Source: Macrostomum lignano (lineage: Eukaryota). Taken from it: a stretch of 64,000 nt of DNA. Below, piece by piece: positions 25,296-37,966 of this stretch (the first letter of the stretch is position 1; each line of letters starts with the position of its first letter). Where the stretch lies: assembly GCA_002269645.1 (NCBI GenBank), contig NIVC01000506.1, positions 248,001-312,000 of the forward strand, read 5' to 3'. The translations under genes and the position numbers were made by a program. The notes below the pieces were generated by a model, which ran no database searches, was not told where the DNA came from, and worked only from the letters and a program-made list of their open reading frames with translations.

Positions 25296-28200
25296 CTAAA
25301 AGCTGGACTCGAGCTGCAACTTACCGTTTGCATCAAATCGAGACAAATCGTCGTTCAAATCGTCTGAACGCGTGAAGGCGTCCACCATGTAGATGCTCCG
25401 CGGCGCGTTCTGCTGGATGTCGTGCTCGGATCCAGACTGCACTGATTTCGATTTGCTCAATGTCAGAGACAGGCGGAGCGCGACCAGCTGGCCGAGCTGG
25501 AACACCAGCTCCAGGATCTCCAGGGGGTGACGATGGACACTCCAACCCACAGGCCTGTCAAGCGATTTTAGAGCTCTTAATGCTTTCCTAGTTTCTGTCT
25601 TAGTGTCTGTTCTAGTGTGTCTTTCCTAGTGTCCGTCCTTGTGTCTGTGAGTGTGTCCTTCCTTATGTCTGTTTTAGTGTGTCCGTCCTAGTGTCTGTGA
25701 GTGTGTCTGTCCTAGTGTCCGTTAGTGTTTGTCCTAGTGTCTGTGAGTGTGTCTGTCCTATTGTCCGTTAGTGTGTCTGTCCTATTGTCCGTTAGTGTGT
25801 CTGTCCTAGTGTCCGTTAGTGTGTCTGTCCTAGTGTCCGTTAGTGTGTCTGTCCTAGTGTCGGTTAGTGTTTGTTCTAGTGTCTGTGAGTGTGTCTGTCC
25901 TAGTGTCCGTTAGTGTGTCTGTCCTAGTGTCCATTAGTGTTTGTCCTAGTGTCTGTGAGTGTGTCTGTCCAAGTGTCCGTTAGTGTGTCTGTCCTAGTGT
26001 CCGTTAGTGTGTCTGTCCTAGTGTCCGTTAGTGTTTCTGTCCTAGTGTCTGTTAGTGTGTCCGTCCTTATGTCTGTTTTAGGTGTCCGTCCTAGTGTCTG
26101 TGAGTGTGTCTGTCCTAGTGTCCGTTAGTGCGTCTGTCCTAGTGTCCGTTAGCGTTTGTCCTAGTGTCCGTTAGTGTTTGTCCTAGTGTCCGTTAGTGTG
26201 TCTGTCCTAGTGTCCGTTAGTGTGTCTGTCCTAGTGTCCGTTAGTGTGTCTGTCCTAGTGTCCGTTAGTGTTTGTGCTAGTGTCTGTGAGTGTGTCTGTC
26301 CTATTGTCCGTTAGTGTGTCTGTCCTATTGTCCGTTAGTGTGTCTGTCCTAGTGTCCGTTAGTGTTTGTCCTAGTGTCTGTGAGTGTGTCTGTCCTATTG
26401 TCCGTTACTGTTTCTGTCCTAGTGTCCGTTAGTGTGTCTGTCCTAGTGTCCGTTAGTGTGTCTGTCCTAGTGTCCGTTAGTGTTTCTGTCCTAGTGTCCG
26501 TTAGTGTGTCTGTCCTAGTGTCCGTTAGTGTTTCTGTCCTAGTGTCCGTTAGTGTGTCTGTCCTAGTGTCCGTTAGTGTTTGTCCTAGTGTCCGTTAGTG
26601 TTTCTGTCCTAGTGTCCGTTAGTGTGTCTGTCCTAGTGTCCGTTAGTGTTTCTGTCCTAGTGTCCGTTAGTGTGTCTGTCCTAGTGTCCGTTAGTGTTTC
26701 TGTCCTAGTGTCTGTTAGTGTGTCCGTCCTTATGTCTGTTTTAGGTGTCCGTCCTAGTGTCTGTGAGTGTGTCTGTCCTAGTGTCCGTTAGTGCGTCTGT
26801 CCTAGTGTCCGTTAGCGTTTGTCCTAGTGTCCGTTAGTGTTTGTCCTAGTGTCCGTTAGTGTTTCTGTCCTAGTGTCCGTTAGTGTGTCTGTCCTAGTGT
26901 CCGTTGGTGTTTCTGTCCTAGTGTCCGTTAGTGGGTCTGTCCTAGTGTCCGTTAGTGTTTCTGTCCTAGTGTCCGTTAGTGTGTCTGTCCTAGTGTCTGT
27001 GAGTGTGTCTGTCCTAGTGTCCGTTAGTGCGTCTGTCCTAGTGTCCGTTAGTGTTTCTGTCCTAGTGTCTGTTAGTGTGTCCGTCCTTATGTCTGTTTTA
27101 GGTGTCCGTCCTAGTGTCTGTGAGTGTGTCTGTCCTAGTGTCCGTTAGTGCGTCTGTCCTAGTGTCCGTTAGCGTTTGTCCTAGTGTCCGTTAGTGTTTG
27201 TCCTAGTGTCCGTTAGTGTGTCTGTCCTAGTGTCCGTTAGTGTGTCTGTCCTAGTGTCTGTGAGTGTGTCTGTCCTATTGTCCGTTAGTGTGTCTGTCCT
27301 ATTGTCCGTTAGTGTGTCTGTCCTAGTGTCCGTTAGTGTTTGTCCTAGTGTCTGTGAGTGTGTCTGTCCTATTGTCCGTTACTGTTTCTGTCCTAGTGTC
27401 CGTTAGTGTGTCTGTCCTAGTGTCCGTTAGTGTGTCTGTCCTAGTGTCCGTTAGTGTTTCTGTCCTAGTGTCCGTTAGTGTGTCTGTCCTAGTGTCCGTT
27501 AGTGTTTCTGTCCTAGTGTCCGTTAGTGTGTCTGTCCTAGTGTCCGTTAGTGTTTCTGTCCTAGTGTCCGTTAGTGTGTCTGTCCTAGTGTCCGTTAGTG
27601 TTTCTGTCCTAGTGTCCGTTAGTGTGTCTGTCCTAGTGTCCGTTGGTGTTTCTGTCCTAGTGTCCGTTAGTGTGTCTGTCCTAGTGTCCGTTAGTGTTTC
27701 TGTCCTAGTGTCCGTTAGTGTGTCTGTCCTAGTGTCCGTTAGTGTTTCTGTCCTAGTGTCCGTTAGTGTGTCTGTCCTAGTGTCCGTTATTGTGTCTGTC
27801 CTAGTGTCCGTTAGTGTTTCTGTCCTAGTGTCCGTTGGTGTGTCTGTCCTAGTGTCCGTTAGTGTTTCTGTCCTAGTGTCTGTTAGTGTTTCTGTCCTAG
27901 TGTCTGTTAGTGTGTCTTTCCTAGTGTCCGTCCTTATGTCTGTTTTAGTGTGTCCGTCCTAGTGTCTGTGAGTGTGTCCGTCCTAGTGTCTGTGAGTGTG
28001 TGTGAGTGCGCCACTGAACTGCGGAGCTCGTCGAGTTCTCACCAGGTTTCGCATTGAGCGGTATTAGCCTTTATCTGCACCATGCCAGGCAGATGGTCAC
28101 ACTGGGAAACTGAAAGTCTTCACTATCGTTGGAGAACTCGGTGCTCACTGGGTAGCTGAGGTACCTCTGCACCAGCTCACTCAGGTGTAGCGAGAACCCC

Positions 28201-28352
28201 GCGCAGGCGCCCAGGATGGCCAGGCCCCAGACGAGGCGCCGCAGCCCGGAGCCCTGCGTCAGGCGCACCAGGCCATGCGCCGTGGTCTGCTCGGCAAAGG
28301 CGACGAGCGCCTTCTGGTGCAGTTGCGGAGTCGGGCTGTCAGGCGGCTCCAT
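25296..28352 (-). pseudogene. DEG/ENaC (amiloride-sensitive channel family) pseudogene with ectodomain deleted
   Basis: 28352..28071 encodes FAEQTTAHG, TM1, YLSYPVST and FPSVTIC, then an in-frame TAA. The exon from 25554 encodes GLWVGVSIVT followed by a 1-nt deletion into LEILELVF (TM2). Only satellite DNA lies between the two pieces. Confidence 0.85.
25590..28000. repeat. Minisatellite array, 24-bp unit gtgtgtctgtcctagtgtccgtta (about 2.4 kb)
   Basis: Direct tandem repetition; variant blocks such as ccttatgtctgttttaggtgtcc recur. Confidence 0.97.
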
Positions 28353-29191
28353 GCGAAGCGAGTTGATCGAACCGCGTTTCCTTTTGCGAGAGAGCGGCTT
28401 GATGGACTGCAGATAATTATCGTCTGAGTTTTTGCATCAGTACAGGTAGCCATTTTATTCTGTTCATCCCTGGGGGTTGGGGGCAGCGGACCACGGTAAT
28501 GCTGGGCAATCATCCACGTTTAATTTTTTGATTGGATCGGTAGACGAAATAAACAATTTATCAACCTGGTTGGAAATGGGCGACTTGTCTCAGCACTCGC
28601 TGTCCGTTGCTTCAGGGTGAGGGCTACCCTCCCGCAACAATTATTATTATTAACAACCTGCCTGAGCTGTAGCTGTAGACAGCCGTCTGTAGCCAATTGC
28701 TGAGCTAAGAAGTTTGACTAATTACTTGTAGGGTTGAAGCGATGAGCAGTCACCGTCTCATACTCGTAAAGCATGAAGCTGGGGCTTGGCTGAGGCAGGC
28801 AAAATTGGGCTCAAATCGACATGCGATGCAGGTTGGGGAGGGTCTGCCAGGAGCGCACCGCTTGACCCCCTACTCACTCCACTGCCTGATCCCTTAACTG
28901 ACTCCACTGAACACCAATTGACTCATCCTGACTCCAGTCAGATGGACTCCACAGCTTCTAACTACCGTGATTTTGCGGTGAAGCCGTGAGTAGCCGAGTC
29001 CCTACTGCAAGAGATGTGCAGCTTTACCAATCAGGCAATCCCAAGCCTCAGGCTCAATCGGCCAGCTGTCTATGGCCACGACCGCGCAGTCAATGCGGGG
29101 TCGGGCAGAGCCGCAGCTGCCCCAAATGCCGCTCAGGCAGACAGCAGGGGAAGCTATAAGATAAGTGCAAGCAGCTTCACCAGGCCAAGAC

Positions 29192-31983
29192 ATGACCGTG
29201 TTCGGAGGCGCGTTCAGCCACCGATTCAAACTGATGGGCTTCAAGCGGCAAAGTCAGGCCAGCTCGGACGCGGCCGGTGCACCGCCCGAGCCGCTGGCAG
29301 CTCCTCATCCGGCCATCAGCCAGGCGGCCAGCCACAGCAACTCGTCTAACTCGACGCTCAGCCAGCAGCAGCAGCAGCAGGGCCAGCTAAAAGTCAGGCC
29401 CAATGCGGGAGCCATCAACGCGGTGCAGAGGCCGCCGAGACAGCAGATCATCATCCCAGGTGAGGCCTGCCTCAACTGCTAGTTGAGGCATTTTACAGTT
29501 TGTCCGCATGCCTAGAGCGCGACCCTTCCCTCCCCCCGAGCTGTTCGATAGAACCTGTGAGAGATGCGCAGAATAAAGCTTTGCCATCACGCAGATTGGA
29601 TGAAGACCGCAGTTTGCTCATCGCTTGGTTGCTAGCCGTGTTGAAGTCCACAGGCTTAACGGAAATTAGTGGTACTTTAGTGACGGTGAAATAATCAAAC
29701 CTCGGAACCTGCATATAATGCAATGTAATAAGTTAAACAATATATTCATAACCATATTCATAGAATCCTATCGCAGTTTAGGCAGAAAAAGCAGTCTTAC
29801 ATCGAAAATCAATCCTAATCTTTGGAGCTGAAAATTCGGCGTGTTATGCCGGAATCGCAAGCGCGCGAGAGGCATCCTGATCACCAGCCGGTGTAGGAAG
29901 TCCTCCACAGGCTTTTCTTCTGCCGTGCAACCCGCAGGCGACGCAGAGAACTCCAAGCAGTCGGAGGACGAGGAGGAGGACAGCAGGCCGGAGCGGGGCG
30001 CGGCAGCGGCGCCGGCCGGAGCAGCGGCAGCAGCGGACGCGGCCAAGCAGTCGTCGGTGCAGAAAAGCGGCAACGACGTCGAGGATGAAACCGCCGCCGC
30101 CGGCTCCGTTGTCGAGTGCCCCACAGGCAAGCACCAGAACAAGAAGGGCGCTGTCTGCTCCTGCATCCTGCTGGAGCAGTTCGCCGACAAGCTGGCCACC
30201 CCAGTGGTCTCCGAGTGGCACAGTAGCAGCGCGGCTTCAGCAGCGGCAGCGGCGGACCCGGCGAGCAACTCCGCCTTGACGGCGGCGGTTGCTCTGACCG
30301 ACTTCAAGCTGTCGCGCAACCGGGTGTTTCAGGGCGGCCAGGGGGTGGTTTACATCGTGCGCCGGGGCGGCAGCGGCGAGGAGCTCGTGATGAAGTTCAA
30401 GGAGCGACGGAAGAAGCAGAGAACAAAATCGTGGAAGCGCGACCTGCGCGAGGTGTTCTTGCTGAAGGACCTGCGCCATCCGTTCATCATTGAGTGAGTG
30501 CTGAGGGCTGAGGGCTGAGGGCTGAGGGCTGAGGGCTGAGGGCTAAGGGCTGAGTGTTGAGGGCTGAGGGCTGAGGGCTAAGGGCTGAGTGTTGAGGGCT
30601 GAGGGCTGAGGGCTGAGGGCTGAGGGCTGAGGGCTGAAGGCTGAGGGCTGAGGGCTGAGTGTTGAGGGCTGAGAGCTGAGGACTGAGGACTTAGGGCTGA
30701 GGGCTGAGGGCTGAGGGCTGAGGGCTGAGGGCTGAAGGCCGAGTGCTGAGGTTTGAGGGTTGAGAGCAGAGAACTGGGGATTGTGTTAAAAATGCCATAA
30801 AAATTGAAAATATCATTACTCAGCAACTCAAAAAACTTCCACCCTTCCAAGCGCGAAAAATGCACGGGTTGAAACTCTGACTTTTGTTAAGTATATTTTT
30901 GGGTGACACTGAGCGGCATAACAAATGTGTTTGCGTGCCCAGGGCTCAGTGCTCGCAGCTAACTAAGCATCCCTTCCTGCTGCTCCGCCCCACCCCGCAA
31001 GGCTGAAGCACGCCTACCTAACCAGCAACTTCTACTGCCTGGTCATGGACTACGGATCCCGCGGCAGCCTGTGGTCCATGGTGTGCCGGCACGGCTGCAT
31101 GCCCAAGCCCATCGCCGCCTATTACGTGGCCTGCATCCTATCGGCCGTGCGCTACGTGCACCGCAATAACTTCATCTTCCGCGACCTCAAAGCCGAGAAC
31201 GTCGTGGTGATGTCCGACTACCGGCCGCGCCTCATCGACTTCGGCATGGCCAAGAGCCACAACAAGCCCAGCGTGCGCAACACCAGCACCAGCTTCTACT
31301 TTGCCGCCTACATCGCCCCGGAGGTGTACGCCGACCCCAAGGGCGTCTCGGAGAAGGTGGACAGCTGGGGCATCGGCTACTTGGCGCTGGAGCTCACCGT
31401 GGGACTCGGAGTGTGAGTCTCATGAGACCGGTCTATTGTGGCTCAGATTGGTCACTTTTTGAGGCTTAGATTGGTCACTCTTTGAGGCTCAGATTAATCA
31501 CTCTCTGACGCTCAGATTGGTCACTCTTTGAGGCTTAGATTGGTCACTTATTTGAGGCTTAAATTGGTCACTTATTTGAGGCTTATGTTGGTAACTTATT
31601 TGAGGCTTATGTTGGTCACTCTTTGAGGCTTAAATTGATCACTCTTTGGTCCATAGGTTGATCACTCTTTGAGGCACAGATATTGATCACACGCAAGGCT
31701 TGTCACTCGGCCGCGCCCCCGCAGTTTCAAGTCGCTGCCGTGGAGCCAGACGAAGCACACGGCGCCGGATTGGCGCTTCGAGATGCCGCGCCGCTATGCC
31801 AGCCGCATCGGCCGGGACGCGTGCCGGTTCGTGGAGAAGGCCCTGGACCGGCGGCCAGAGAAGCGGCCAACCCTGGACCAGCTGATGGACTTCCAGTTTC
31901 TGGAGGACATCGACTTCCGGATACTGCCGTCGCTGAAGCCCAAGGGCATCGAGGCCTACCTGACCAAGAAGCCCGACAACTGA
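29192..31983 (+). CDS. Divergent AGC-like Ser/Thr protein kinase (exons 29192..29459, 29938..30493, 31002..31412, 31725..31983; 497 aa)
   Basis: Motifs QGGQGVV, VMK, HPFII, FRDLKAEN, DFG, YIAPE and DSWGIG are present. All three introns are GT-AG and phase-compatible; total 1494 nt. The start codon is uncertain. Confidence 0.88.
30496..30760. repeat. Intronic 7-bp repeat (gctgagg)n starting right after the donor
   Basis: Direct tandem repetition. Confidence 0.95.
31440..31680. repeat. Intronic degenerate minisatellite (gaggcttagattggtcactcttt-like)
   Basis: Direct tandem repetition in kinase intron 3. Confidence 0.9.
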
Positions 31984-32789
31984 CCCGCAGGACGGACAGA
32001 CGCTTGACTGACATTCGCGCTTTGAAAGACGAAAAATTCTTTTCAAAGGTCATTTGTAGATTTTCTGCAGCCTGGCTGGGGCCTCCCCGAGTCAGCAGAT
32101 CTCCATGGAGACGCTTTCTCTCTATTGCCCCTCCCTATTTTTGCTTTGTTTTACCGCCTTTGCCTAAAAACCTCGAAGCCGCGAATTCTGTCTAGACAGA
32201 GCCGGCGTCAGCAACACACGAACAGGTATTTGTTGAGACTGCGGACATTGAGTTTCTCACCTCAGTCCCTCTGAAACTTCCCAACTCCCATCGTTCGCAA
32301 GGCGATCAACTTCTTTGCCAAGCCAGACTTTGAGTTGCACAAATTACATTAACTACCAAAACCCGCTCTCCAAGGCCGCTCGCCTCATCGCTCAGAGCGG
32401 CGCGGGAGCGGGCAGCAGCGCAGATATTCCGGTACCACTTTGCCTACGCAGCACTACATTTGCTTTGGCAGAACACGCCGCGGCTCTCAGCCCAGATTTA
32501 TTCTTATTTTACACAACTCTGTCTGTAATAACTGTGTAGCGACCTGATGTATGCAATAAAAGTGCACCTTTGTCGTTCTCATACCGTTGAGTAAAGCAGA
32601 AACAGTTGCGAACCGGTGCATTGAGCTCGGGTAGATGGAGAAGCTGGAAGCTCAGCGAGCTGGGGGGGACTCAGCTGGCAGTCAGCTGCCAGGGTTTTCA
32701 ACCGGAAATTGTTAGACTTTCTTGGCTAACTGGAAGCCTGGAAGATACTTAACCGGAAGCTATAAAACTGGGACCTAAGAACTGGTAGC

Positions 32790-33385
32790 TGTAAAACCGG
32801 AAGCTGTGAAACCGGAAGCTGTGAAACCGGAAGCTGTGAAACCGGAAGCTGTGAAACCGGAAGCTGTGAAACCGGAAGCTGTGAAACCGGAAGCTGTGAA
32901 ACCGGAAGCTGTGAAACCGGAAGCTGTGAAACCGGAAGCTGTGAAACCGGAAGCTGTGAAACCGGAAGCTGTGAAACCGGAAGCTGTGAAACCGGAAGCT
33001 GTGAAACCGGAAGCTGTGAAACCGGAAGCTGTGAAACCGGAAGCTGTGAAACCGGAAGCTGTGAAACCGGAAGCTGTGAAACCGGAAGCTGTGAAACCGG
33101 AAGCTGTGAAACCGGAAGCTGTGAAACCGGAAGCGATGCGTATGAGCGTACCAAACCGGAAGGAACGAACAGCGTATGTGTATCTAACTAAAAGCGATGC
33201 TTATCTAACCGGAAGGTAAGTATATCTAACCGGAAGCTGAGTATATCTAACCGGAAGCCTGGCATATCTAACCGGAAGCTAAGTATATCTAACCGGAAGC
33301 TAAGTATATCTAACCGGAAGCTGAGTATATCTCTAATCGGAAGCGATGTGTATCTAACCGGAAGCGATGTGTATCTAACCGGAAG
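32790..33385. repeat. Intergenic arrays: near-perfect 15-bp aaaccggaagctgtg followed by 21-bp taagtatatctaaccggaagc
   Basis: Direct tandem repetition; both units contain ACCGGAAGC. Confidence 0.95.
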
Positions 33386-33826
33386 CTATTTATCAATTGA
33401 AAACAAGCCCTGAAACTCAAAATTAGAAATTTATCAAAACTAGAAACGAAGATGTTTCCAATTTAGCACAGGGTGCGCGTTAAGTTTTACTTTTGTATAC
33501 TTTACAACGAAATGAAAGTATAATTTTATCGGAAATTAAAGTTGAGAATTGCTAAAGTACACGGATTATACCGGAAACCTATAAACTACTTCTAGTATTA
33601 TGTGGAGGAACGGCAACAAAAAAAACAAAAAAACTTTTTTTGGAGTGCAGGCCTCCAAAATAGTGCACTTTATTCAACAAAAGAAAAGCATTTTCCAAAA
33701 CGCAAAAATTTGTCTCAAGGCCGAGCAGTCTTGCGGCAACTGTTTAAATAAGTGGCTCTGTGTTTAACCACTGCCACCGGTGCTACCCGTTAAACACAGT
33801 CATCTCCTCCCGAGGAAACCTCACCA

Positions 33827-36800
33827 TCAGAGCCTGTCTAATATTGGTTTTAATTTCACAGTTGCCATGGCAACCGCCAGTACCAGGCCGAGAAAACTGC
33901 GCAGCTGCTGACCGGCTGAGGCGGCGATCCGCTTGCCGTAGAACTGCACATCCGAGCGCGACTCCAGCTTGTAGCGCGGCAGCCCCATCCGGCGCACGTC
34001 CGACGCGTCCACGCTGGCTCGGCAAATGAAGGTCAACCGCCAGACCTTCCAGATCTCCGTGACCACCGGCATTCGGACAAACAGGTTCTCCAAGACCCGC
34101 GGCCGGTCGATAGCCGACCTGCGCGTCTCGATGGAGCTCGGCGACGCCTTCAGCACGTCTGTGGCGAAGTCGCTCAGGCTGATCTCCTGGGGCGCGGGGG
34201 CCGAGATTGATAAATTTTCGAGATAGTTGAACACTTGAGCTTGACGAGCAATTTAGAGACAGATCAGGGACTCTTCAATACATGGGACGGAAATTAGAGA
34301 CTAGCATGAAAAAATCTTGGGAGGCCGATTTTATGTTTTCTGCCAGCATGGGTCTTATTTTAGTGTACTAAAAAAATTTTGACATGCGGCTGACTCGTAA
34401 AGTCACCACCCTTCAGAGGCTGGAGTATAAATTTTCAGTCACTGTGCTTTTGTCAAATTTTCCCAATCACTCTTCAAAGTCCTGACGCATCCTGCTCGAT
34501 CCAATGGAGTCCAGCTGGTGACGCATCCTGCTCGATCCAATGGAGTCCAGCTGGTGACGCATCCTGCTTATTCCAATGGAGTCCATATGGTGACGCATCC
34601 TGCTTATTCCAATGGAGTCCAGCTGGTGACGCTGGTGAGTTGAAGAGCCAGATTTCAAGAGTTGACAGTGCGAAGATTCTACACGAAAGTCAGACACAGA
34701 TCGAGAAAACTTAATAAAATCGGTTTCCCGCCCCTAGTATTGAGTATTCCCTGAAATAGCGACATATTACATGCTGGGGTTGTTTGATTTATTGAATGAA
34801 TTAAATGGATTACTAATCTATAATGGATTGCTAATCTATAATGGATTGCTAATCTATAATGGATTGCTAATCTATAATGGATTGCTAATCTATAATGGAT
34901 TGCTAATCTATAATGGATTGCTAATCTATAATGGATTGCTAATCTATAATGGATTGCTAATCTATAATGGATTGCTAATCTATAATGGATTGCTAATCTA
35001 TAATGGATTGCTAATCTATAATGGATTGCTAATCTATAATGGATTGCTAATCTATAATGGATTGCTAATCTATAATGGATTGCTAATCTATAATGGATTG
35101 CTAATCTATAATGGATTGCTAATCTATAATGGATTGCGAATCTGAGCTCACCTTCCAGGTGGACCCGGGTAGAAAGGGGTCGAGCACCCGGAAGACCGGG
35201 TCAATGGACACGTACTTCATGCCATCGTGGTGCACAGTACAGTTGAAGGTCACCGCCATGTCCAGATTCGCGAAGGTCACGTGGGGCAGCGAGCCGTTGG
35301 CGGTCACCGTGTTGAACAGCGGCATGGAGAACACGGAGACGTAGAAAATGAAGACAAAGTTCTGCACCGTGAACTTGTACGTGCCTGATGCAGCGATGGC
35401 ATGTTGGGAGAATTACATCTCACAGATATGCTGCAGGAATCCCTTCTGGTCTGCTTGCAGGCATGTTAGACAGACAGGTGTGTTAGACAGACAGGTGTGT
35501 TAGACAGACAGGTGTGTTAGACAGACAGGTGTGTTAGACAGACAGGTGTGTTAGACAGACAGGTGTGTTAGACAGACAGGTGTGTTAGACAGACAGGTGT
35601 GTTAGACAGACAGGTGTGTTAGACAGACAGGTGTGTTAGACAGACAGGTGTGTTAGACAGACAGGTGTGTTAGACAGACAGGTGTGTTAGACAGACAGGT
35701 GTGTTAGACAGGCAGGTGTGTTAGACAGACAGGTGTGTTAGACAGACAGGTGTGTTAGACAGACAGGTGTGTTAGACAGGCAGATATGTTACACAGGAAA
35801 GGATGTTAGACAGACATCTTAGACAAAGAGGCTCTCGTATTTCGAACTCCTGCTATCAGGTCTGCATATCATAAAAGGGGGTAAAGAGCCTGCCCCTCCC
35901 AGGCGCTCCGGCATCACCTTCGTGAGAGAGGTTGACGTGGCCGCGCAGCAGGACGGCGTTCCCGAACTGCGCCAGGCTGTAGTGCCCGCAGCTCTGCCAC
36001 TTGTGCGTCGAAACGTCCAAATAGTTGGTGCACTCCTGGTTGTTGAAGAACACCTTGGTGACCTCCTTGGTCCTGTCGCTGCACACCACCGGGCTCATCA
36101 GCACGGCGTCAAGCATGCCGGTGCTGAACTGCACCCATCGAGACTGCCGGTTCTTATAGGACCCGCACGGCTCGCTGCTGGGGTCGATCGCGCTAGCAGT
36201 TGTGCTGGGCACAGAAATGTCGGCCACCCGCAGCGCCAGACGGTACTTCCACACCGCTGGGTTCAGCGATATTCGAAGGCAAATTCGAACCCGACCGCCG
36301 GCACCCTGCAGCAGCTTCTTCAGGTCTGCCTCCAGCGACAGGCGCGAGTAGGTGAGCACGCCTGATTGGATCTCGATGAAGTAGTTGGGCTGGGCGAACA
36401 GGAACTGCGCAATGTCCGGGTCCGAGTCGCCAGTGGTGAACAGAATTCGGCCGTCGGTTTTCGCTATGTCGCTGCAGGTGCGGGAGCCGTGGATGAGCAT
36501 GACGCTGATGGACAGCATCGGCCGGATGAAGATCGGCGCTCGCTTCAGCACGTACAGAAACTGGTCGTCCAGCAGCTGCACGCTGTCAACACGGCTGCTG
36601 TTGGTCTGCTTGAACAGGGAGGTCAGGAAGGCGGTGCCCCGCTCAGACAGGATGTACCTGGTGACCTGTTGGCCCGAGGACTGAGTTGGCAAGGAGTTCA
36701 GCTTGGAGAAGCTGTCCATGTTATACACCAACAGGCTGGCCGACAGCTCCGTGCCTTCGCGAAATTCAACTCGAACCCGAAGCTCGAGGGTGTGTGTCAT

Positions 36801-37247
36801 CGACTGCTTGAAGCTCACCTTGTTGCGGCTGTCGAGAGTGAAGTGGAAGGAGAACATGTACGGCTTGCTGCTGAGCTTGCTGAGGGAGAAGGCGCGGTTG
36901 TGGCTGCAGTAGAGCTTGCTGCTGTCCAGGCCGTTGTCGTGGGTGATGTTGAGCTCCTGGTACTGGGCGTCAGTGCTCGAGCACTTGAACAACAGGTAGC
37001 TCAGTGGGGGCACGAGCGGCTGATGGTACTGGCTCACGTTCAGCACCACTTCGAGGGGTCTGTCGAGGGGCAGGCAGGTGATGAGGGTCTGCAGACCCGG
37101 GCGCCACTTATCGTCGGCGCTGAGTAGAACTGAGGTGTGGGTGGAGTACTCCAGGTGCGGCAGCTTTCTGACGAGATCCGAGCCAGCGGACAGCAGAGCC
37201 AGCAGAGTCAAGGATAAAAGCACCGCAGCACCGGACTGTTTGAGCAT
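33827..37247 (-). CDS. Orphan secreted/surface protein with signal peptide and hydrophobic C-terminus (exons 37247..35918, 35384..35152, last exon from about 34233..33827)
   Basis: MLKQSGAAVLLSLTLLALLSAG signal-like start and a long GC3-rich exon. Intron 1 is phase-consistent. Exon 2 ends in phase 0 but the last exon needs phase 1, so a small intermediate exon is unresolved. C-terminus reads AASAGQQLRSFLGLVLAVAMAT. Confidence 0.7.
34480..34630. repeat. 36-bp tandem repeat, about 4 copies (gacgcatcctgctcgatccaatggagtccagctggt)
   Basis: Direct tandem repetition. Confidence 0.9.
34805..35135. repeat. Intronic near-perfect 18-bp repeat atggattgctaatctata
   Basis: Direct tandem repetition ending about 15 bp from the donor at 35151. 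Confidence 0.97.
35465..35790. repeat. Intronic 17-bp repeat gttagacagacaggtgt
   Basis: Direct tandem repetition (unit starts at 35465 and 35482). Confidence 0.97.
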
Positions 37248-37477
37248 GCCGAAGGCTTTTGAAGCTCGTGCTGCTCTCTGCACGAATATGGCAACACAGA
37301 TAAAAAGCAGAGAAACTGATTTTCCTAAATTTGTAGCTCAGTGCTGCTCTGGTCAGCTGCCCGAGATTGTCTCTGGCAGAGCCTGATTTCTGCATCTAAA
37401 TAAAAATTTACATCTGCTGCGTGAGCGAGGGCACGAAGATACGGATGTACTTAAGCATTTAAGCGAGGCTGAAATAG

Positions 37478-37900
37478 CGATTCTCATGAATCACTATGAT
37501 TTAGTAGCGATTCGCATGAATCACCATGATTTAGTAGCGATTCTCATGAATCACCATGATTTAGTAGCGATTCTCATGAATCACTATGATTTAGTAGCGA
37601 TTCTCATGAATCACCATGATTTAGTAGCGATTCTCATGAATCACTATGATTTAGTAGCGATTCTCATGAATCACCATGATTTAGTAGCGATTCTCATGAA
37701 TCACTATGATTTAGTAGCGATTCTCATGAATCACCATGATTTAGTAGCGATTCTCATGAATCACCATGATTTAGTAGCGATTCTCATGAATCACCATGAT
37801 TTAGTAGCGATTCTCATGAATCACTATGATTTAGTAGCGATTCTCATGAATCACCATGATTTAGTAGCGATTCTCATGAATCACCATGATTTAGTAGCGA
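37478..37900. repeat. 30-bp minisatellite gcgattctcatgaatcac(c/t)atgatttagta
   Basis: Direct tandem repetition. Confidence 0.97.
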
Positions 37901-37966
37901 GTTTCATAGTTTTGTGGCAATTCTCATGGTTTTGTGGTGATTCCCATGGTTCTATGGTGGTTCTCA

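Noticed and set aside
31984-32350. Kinase-tail-like text (RRLTDIRALKDEKFFSK) after the stop, suggesting readthrough or frameshift
   Set aside because: It is in a different frame with further stops nearby, and the kinase domain is already complete. Most likely 3' UTR (AATAAA near 32556).
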